A stretch of 57,090 nucleotides of DNA, filler included, from Sphacelaria rigidula (taxonomy: Eukaryota), in assembly GCA_964200075.2 (NCBI GenBank). It is 6 parts of 6 records of this genome, joined end to end, with 100 filler letters (N's around TTAATTAATTAA, not from the genome) between each part and the next. Parts side by side here need not be neighbours in the genome. Positions count along the whole stretch, not along the records: positions 47,660 to 57,090 come from CAXNAA020008518.1; 5 more parts are not named here. One strand, given 5' to 3'. Positions 49,777 through 57,090 of this stretch are shown piece by piece; the first letter of the stretch is position 1; each line of letters starts with the position of its first letter. The position numbers and the translations under genes were made by a program. The notes below the pieces were generated by a model. It saw nothing but the letters and a program-made list of their open reading frames with translations, was not told where the DNA came from and made no database searches.

Positions 49777-49945
49777 CACACGTCGGACAACCCATGAGTT
49801 AAGTCACTCATGTTATCTGACCCATCCAGTGGAAAAAGATACCGCTGGGTTTATACCATATAACTCACAGCTGGTGGAAAATGGTACCGCTGAGCTATAC
49901 AAAATAGCTCTGTCGGTAGAAATAGATATCGCTGAATTATACAAG
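49777..49945. mobile_element. Terminus of a CACACGTCGGAC-family element with 42-45 bp subterminal repeats
   Basis: TIR at 49777; TAYCGCTG.....ATAC repeated at about 49840, 49885, 49927. Confidence 0.7.
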
Positions 49946-50379
49946 GGGTCTTATAGGGGCCTTATAGACTGGAATACGTTATACACCGCCCCCGCTTCCC
50001 GAAAATCTCTTTCTCGGGGAGGGGGGAGGGGAAGGGGGGGTACCCCATTTTGGAGGGGTGGGTACCCCCCTGATGAGATGGATAATGACGGTAGTATCTC
50101 ACGCGTGGCCCAGGTGTTGCGGGAGGGCAATTTGTGTCTTTCCGCTAAAACAAGGGGGGGGAGAAGGGGGCGCATATCCTTAGCCGTGGGCAAATAAAGA
50201 ATGAGGGTGTACTTTCCGCCGGAAGGCGGCAAAACCCCGGTTGTTATGAACTATTACGACCCATGTGTTAGTCAATTTTTGGCGTGCCTTGAAGGCAAGA
50301 TACCATATTTTTCCCCTCGGGTGGCTCCTAGGCGGTGGGCGGTCTTACGCGGGCGGCGCCCCCGGGGGGGCTCTGTATG

Positions 50380-50460
50380 GGGGGCGTACTCATTTGCTGC
50401 TTGCCTTAGTTGTTTGATCATTGACCACGCATCCCTTTCAAGACGGAGCACTGTGGGGGG
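50380..50460 (-). mobile_element. LINE 3'-end stub flanked by CCCCCA on both sides
   Basis: Minus strand: CCCCCCA-CAGTGCTCCGTC...AAATGAGTACG-CCCCCA. Confidence 0.8.
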
Positions 50461-51111
50461 CGCTTATCGCCTCCAGATCTCGTGCTATCGCAGACGATAC
50501 CTCCGGATGCTCTTTACCCCTGATCGCAACAAAGCGCGAAAAACAAAAGCGTGGCGCCATCCAACACACGTCACACGTCACTCTCCCCGAGCACGTCTTC
50601 TTCGCAGCGAAGAAACAAAAAATGTATAAGAAGACCAATGATTTTTCAACTGTTTTCTTCTGCCAATACAATCTGCGTGTGTTCATGTCAAAGGCAACAT
50701 CAAATTCCAGGGCAACACGTGCTCAAAATATCAGGTTTCGCAAAAAAGGGACGCACAAAAATGGGGCTACAAATAAACTAATCAAAAACCGAGGTAAATG
50801 CGATGGCTGCGTCTATACTAAATGGAAGGACTTACCACAACGTCACCCAGACACCAGCGTGAAGAGGGGAAAAGTTGAAAGATAGACGACAAATTCAATC
50901 ATGCTGAGGCAACCACAAAGAAATGCAACGAATGTCGCCTGGCAAAAATCGACCACGCACAAACGGGGGGGGGGGAGGCGAGCAAAGACCTACTACTGCT
51001 ACTGCTACAGGAAAGACGAAATGCAACAACGAGATGCGACTTGCCGACGCGCGTCGCCGTAAGTCGTTGTTCTCAAACAAAAAAACCCAAAAAATACAAC
51101 AGTACAAACGA

Positions 51112-54100
51112 TTACCACATCCACTGGTTCAAGTGCAGGAAAACGAGGCTCTCTACATCGTCGTCGCACAGCCTGTCGCGCTCCATTGCGACCGTGTTGC
51201 CAGCCGTCGAGAAGAGGCGTTCCGCCGACCCGGAAATCGCCTGGACGGCGAGATACTTGAGGGCGAGCTTGGCCAGATTAGGAAACATATCTCTCCTCGA
51301 CACCCACCACTTGAGGGGACCACCCGTCTTGTCGACGACTCTGACCTTGACTTTCGGCATCCTGCGGAACCGACTGAGCTCCTCCAGGTACTCGATCGCA
51401 AGTTTTTCCTCTCGCCCGAATATTCTACGTTTCCTGGCCGGCGAGACGGGCGTCCTGGTTGATCGTGACTCATCCGGAGAATTACCCTCGCCCGTGCCTG
51501 TAGCCTTCGCGCCCATCGAGCCTCCAGAGTTTCTGTGAAGGATGCTCTCGCTGCTCTCAGTGGCGGTATCAACGATTGACCTATTGGAGAATTTGACCCT
51601 CTTCGCGGTCTTGAGCAGACGAGACAAGCCGGCGGCGCCGGCGTTGCTGTACTCGTGAGACTCGTCGTCCGAAGATGAGACCATGCCGCCGGTGCAGTCG
51701 TGCACCGCGCGGTCCTCGTCTATCGCGTCCAATTCCGCCTGCTCCCTGGCCATGGTCAGCATCTCCTCTTCGACCAAGGCGAAGTAGCTGAACGGGTTTG
51801 TGTGAAAGTTGGATGGAGGGATTGGTTGTCGGGGGAGCATTCACTTGCGGGTACTGACGTGAAGGAGGGAAAAGCAGAAGCGCATTTCGATATTTCCACG
51901 AAGAAGCTGGACACACACACATACACACACACTCATGCGAAACAGACACGGCGGCAAGCAAATACATTGTCACTGTGTTGCTACCAGGTCACCATAACAT
52001 TCCAGGAGTTGTACGGTACAAAAAAAGGGATACGATACTCGTGTCACAACGTGCAATTCATACCGCATCGTCTCGTACCCACGATCGAGAACATACGGAC
52101 AAAATAATCATCGTGCCTTCTGGCAGCAGACAACAACACACCGGTGCGCTACCAGTTTCATGCTATCACTTCCGTGAACCCTTCGGGAACCCTCCACTCC
52201 CGTCCCGGGGCCAGACGCCTCGTAATTTCAAGCCCTGACAAAGAAGAGAAGAGGGGAACAGAAAAGACCGACGGCAATCATTTTTACGGCGGAAGGCCAC
52301 ATATGAATCCACCAGCATACGTCATGCGCGCACCAAAGAATTTCACCCCGGTGCGGTCGGATTAACCCTTCCGTGACTGGAAATGGAAAAGTGCTGATTT
52401 CGAGGTGCTGCTTTTTGAGCGACATTTGGTTGATTGTTTGCACCTTCCACGCAGCACTATTTTGCTCGAGGCGTATTTTTCAGACCCGCGGCCGCTTCTT
52501 CTTGGCGGTGAATCGCGAAAATATCGCACCTGAATCCTTCCATGTGAGGTGCGGGGATTTCTGTGTGCTCGGCTATACTACTTTGCTTCTGTGGCGGGGC
52601 TCAACACGCTGGCCAAGTGTTGGGCGGGTACGACTTCCGGGCTGCAGCACAACTATATTCAGGTACGGTGTGCCACCGTTCCAAAAGTGTGCCCCAGTAC
52701 CACATGGGACCGCATGTAAAGAAAATATGCACGTGGTGCTGATTGTTATTGTATGAAAGTCAGAGGTCGTTGTGCTGGTTTTTGCCGTGTGCACAACGTT
52801 GAACACGCTTGACCCGTCGCGTCCCCTCACTGGATAAAACTAATCCGACCGCACCAGGGCCACATTTTTGGTGCGAGCATGATCTATGTCGGTGGATTCT
52901 TCTGTGGCCTTCGGCCGTAAACATGGTTTTTGTCGGTATTTTTCCCCCCCCATATTTTCTTCTTAGTCCGCGCTTGAAATGATGGAGGCGTCTGAACCGG
53001 GGATGGGAGGAGAGGGTTCCCAAAGGGTTCGTTCTGTCCATTCAGGGGACGCAACGGGTCAAACGTGTTCATTGTGCACACAGCCAAAATCAGCGCTCAC
53101 GTGCCTGAACTCTCGACAAACAAAAATCGGCACCACCTGTCTATTTTCAATGGACTGAGTCCCGTGCTGCACGGGGACACATCTTAAAACGAGCCTGAAA
53201 AGCACGCCTCGGGGTAATAGTTCTGCGTGAAAGGTGTGAGAACTCAACCACGTGTTGTCTACCGCCAAAGCTGCTGTGAAGGCCAGCTCGACGTACTTGT
53301 GTTTTTCTTCCTCAATGACCCATGGAAGGTCAAACGCGGAAGGGTGGAGAGTAGATGCTATCCGCGCGAAGCGAAGAGGGTCGGCCAGTTCTCTCTTCGA
53401 TCTCGGGGTGAGCATTGTCCCCTCCGGGTGCCAGCGCGTGAGGAATTCTTCCTCCATGGCGAGGGCTGCTCCTTGCACCTGGGTGGGGCGAAAAATGTGT
53501 GTGCAGGGTCAAAGGGGAGACATGAATAAATTGCAGGTGTGTGTTGCGACAAGACCGATATACAATGGATATCCGGCATATTTAGCGAATACATCATGAA
53601 AAAAAAAAAACGATTGTTCAACGATTTTCCACACCACCACCCCCGCCGACAAGCCGAGACAGTTTCGACGCTGTAGTTGTTTTACACAGAGACGGCTTCT
53701 CACCGATGATCACGCGATGGAAGTATCCAAAGACACGGTCAGGTTCCTCACCTCAGGGCAGATATCGGGATCCGCCTGCGCTAGGGCCAAGTACTCTAGC
53801 GTATTGGAAACCCCGACATCCACGTTGGACATCATGACGTACTGTTCGCCCTTGAACTGCGCCATCATGTCCCTCGGAATGTCGAAGATCTTCCGCAGAT
53901 CGTGAGCGATCTTCCACTGCTGAGGGGTCAAGTCGACGGCTGTGGAGCAAGCGCCTCGCTTCTTGAGCGCTAGGCACATGGACGAGATCGCCTTCTGGTT
54001 CTTCGACACCGCCTCCACACAGTCCATCTCAGTGAACCACCTGCTCGGCGACCACTCCGGCAGCTGTTCTTCCGGCAGATTCCAGACGCGTTGCAACCGC

Positions 54101-54802
54101 TGGAATTCCTCCCGAGCCAGGGTGGACCGATGGACGAGAGTAATGAGCGCTTTTACGGCGACGAGTGTCTGCATGGTGCCGACGCGTGCGAAGAAGGAGT
54201 GGACAGCACGAAGGACAACGATTTGGGGCACACACGCAGCTGGGATTTACTCTTCATCGGAGGAAACACATCGCACATCTTTAAATACACCTCGCCGAAC
54301 GGTTCGCACGCCCATACATCCCGTAGTGCAGAGCAAAAAAGCAAAAAAGAGACAAACGATATATGCCCCCATCCCCCACTTAGCCAGCGAAACATCCCTT
54401 GCTGAATTTATGTGCATTGACGGGGACCGACATCGGGGTAAACTTCACAGACTCATAGCACATGGAGTACAAGGCCAGACACCCGCCAAACAAGCAATGT
54501 TATCGTACTGCTGTCACAGACCGGACGATTGGAGTATGTCGGGGAAGGGGCACCTCTACTACAGCATATACGGCAACGGTCGTGCTCTGCGGTCCCAAAA
54601 TGATCTCACCTGTTTTATAGCAGGGTAGTCCGCCACCACAGCGAACGAATGCTCATAGACGTGGTTTACGCACACCTGCCAGGGGACCGCCATCAGTCGA
54701 ACCGCCTTGTCTTGGTTTCCGAAGGTGTCGGTGGTGAAGCAGGTCACGAGACTCGTGGGGATGCTGTACTCTTCCAGAATGCCCTTCATCAACTCAGCAT
54801 TT
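51112..54802 (-). CDS. hAT-superfamily transposase (ZBED-like), 3' four exons: 54610-54802, 53752-54168, 53297-53478, 51112-51787
   Basis: Canonical splice sites, compatible phases (0, 0, 2) and no stops. Motifs: FTTDTFGN (catalytic D), CVNH (CxxH), SRWFT (TRWNS-like), ASTLHP (LDPR-like), PLKWW...FPNLAKLALKYL...SGSAERLFS (hAT C-terminal dimerisation domain with the catalytic E). Confidence 0.93.
52772..53096. mobile_element. MITE with ~65-bp TIRs inside a transposase intron
   Basis: GTGCTGGTTTTTGCCGTGTGCACAA..TGAACACGCTTGACCCGTCGCGTCCCCT versus the reverse complement of 53030-53096. Confidence 0.8.
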
Positions 54803-57090
54803 CTAGAGTGTGGTGGGAAAGAAAGAAAAAGGGGAGCTCAGAGGAAAGGAGCGAGACATACTGAATCCCGCAAGAGTACACTTGTGTTGGATCATGACAT
54901 GTTTATTTAACAGAAACAGCAACAATGATCCATCAAATAAACACAAGACAGGCGATTTCTTACGGAAAGGCCATAAATAAATGAACAAAAAACTCAACCC
55001 TTAGAGGGTCGGAAGCCTCAGATCGCCCCTAGATCGCACCCCCCTCCAAAAGAGCGAACGACAGCGACTTCAGCCATCTTGAAAACGTCATATTGCGCGG
55101 ATCAGGGGTTCGGGGCTCCGAATTTCTGCGGGAGGGGGTGTTATCGGGGGTATGTGGGCGAGGTGGAAGTACACGAAGAACAAGATAGATCCAGATCGCC
55201 CTCTTACTTGCTATTTGGAATGATGCGATATGGAAACTCCCGCAGTTACGGAGGATTTGGGTAAAATTGCAAATTATTGATACGTACGTCCAATATCATA
55301 TTTGACCATTTTTTCAGTCCCGGGCGTGTGTGCGAATGTTTGACGACAGTCTTCAGTGGAACTTGGAAACGGAAGGCTGCGAACGATGACGGTGAACGAT
55401 GACGGTGAACACCACGCGGTGTCTTGTCCTGTACTTTCCAAAGGGGATCCTCAGTGATTCACCGTCCACGCTTCGTCGCACAACACATCGCCCTACACAA
55501 CACAGACAAGCAATGGCCTCTCGCCAGCGGTTGTGGGGTCACTACGAGAATCACTCATCATCTACTTTGCACCGCCGCATGCATCGCAGTGCCAATATCT
55601 ACAAGTATTGTCCGCAGATCGTTGTTCTACTGGATGCAAACTGCCATCTAGATCCTACTTTGTCGACAGCACAGACTGTCTGTACTGCATGTACAGTGCA
55701 ATGTTTTTGGCATCCTTCCGTATGCAGACAGCTCAGATAGACAATACTGTCTGTACTGCATGTGGTTCGAATCTTCACATATTTACACCCTGTTGCATGC
55801 AGACCATGCAGACCATACAGACCGTACTGTGTCGTCTGTACTGTACCTTGTTTACTTTTTTCTAGTACAACACATGGTTGCACGTACTCGGGGGGACTGT
55901 CAGCCAAAACAAATGTACCGAAACGAGGCCCGGAGCTCAAAGGGTCAGTAATTAAATTGACAAAACACGCCCATGAACATGTTGGCCCTCACTTTGGCGA
56001 ATAAAATGAACAAATTAATCGAGACACGCACAACAATCGCGGGCCCTACAATCACAAACATGAGCAACACAAACACACGAAAAAAAAAAATGTACGATAT
56101 GGCACGAAAACAGTCAGGAGTGGAGCACAATATTAAAAAAAAGTGATCCATCACCCTCTGTCTGCTGCTCCTTAGAAATACATTCCTTGGGTGCATGTGT
56201 CACACATCTGGAAAAGCACAGGGTGCTTTTTTCCCCCCATAATATGAAAGTGTACAGGCCCCCGTCATATTCGCATTTGCATATCGACGGTCGTACAAAA
56301 CACTGCAACAGTCGTGTTCCACATTGTTTTTTCCTGTTGAGAAACTCATCCGTGGAAGAGAGGCAATGCACATCAGCAGGGAGAGCTGGCGCTACAGGCA
56401 GCAAGCACACCACGGCTGGGGAATCCGCAGGATGAAAGAACGTGTGTCACTGCGCACATGGCAAGCGGTTGCTATACAATAAATGCCGTCAATAGATCAC
56501 ATGTTGATAGGATGCCGCACTACGTGTGCTAAGAAGTTTGGGTACCCTTTCGCGGTCATTGATGTACTATATCTCTCTGCGAGGTAGAAACAACTTGTAA
56601 GAGCTGGGCCAGCTGACGGTGATTCTTGAAAGTTTTCGCGTCCGGCGGTGCTAAAATTTGAGGAGTTCGGCGCTGAAATTGTGACACAACATTTTCATCA
56701 TCAACACGCCCAACATTTCCCGGGATGCCAAGAAAATAAAAAGAAAGTTAGGGCGATTTGAAATTTCAGGGAAAAAAAAGGAAACACGTCATAACTCTGT
56801 GAAAACAACGAAAAACGGCGACATCCCCACAAATGTTGTACGTACTTGTGTGCAAGATGTCCTGGTAAAATACCGGTAAAACCCCCCCGAAAATTGGGCC
56901 CAGCCTGGCACTTTTTGTTATGACACTGCTGCGCCCCTCCAGTGCAAGTGATACAAGAGAATACGGTTGTGGGGGTCACGAGTTCGAATTCCGACATATC
57001 GTTTTTTTTGTTCCGTCGTTAAGGCCGCTTCTTATAATAGACAAAAATAAAAACCCGGAAAAATGTATTTTTGGAGCTTTTACGTCGTTT

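Noticed and set aside
50923-51538. Long + strand ORFs (also 53942-54628)
   Set aside because: They are antisense shadows of the hAT transposase exons.

Overview
This is eukaryotic DNA of roughly 50% GC, most consistent with a brown alga or other stramenopile. The clues are short exons in long TE-filled introns, Chlamydia-PMP-type repeat exons, a flagellar dynein intermediate chain, TTAGGG-like motifs and GC-AG donors. The window is not one locus. It is six unrelated contigs (1-9433, 9534-18965, 19066-28497, 28598-38028, 38129-47559, 47660-57090; lengths 9433 down to 9431 bp) joined by artificial 100-bp N44-TTAATTAATTAA-N44 spacers, so nothing can be inferred across gaps. Genes, all partial except one: spliced exons of an axonemal dynein intermediate chain (WDR78/IC138-like); an intronless 334-aa multi-pass membrane protein; two PMP-repeat exons; a coiled-coil gene fragment; a 5-exon gene with a nucleotidyltransferase GS..DxD..D signature, head-to-head with casein kinase II beta exon 1; and a frame-intact, intron-containing hAT transposase. 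The rest is dense with mobile DNA: decayed LINEs with a SINE-like partner linked to C-tracts, a tRNA-derived SINE, hAT-type MITEs with 8-bp TSDs (several with 43-bp tandem arrays), a 100-bp piggyBac-type MITE family, a Stowaway-like mariner MITE, a foldback element and satellites. All family assignments come from motif recognition by eye; no searches were run.
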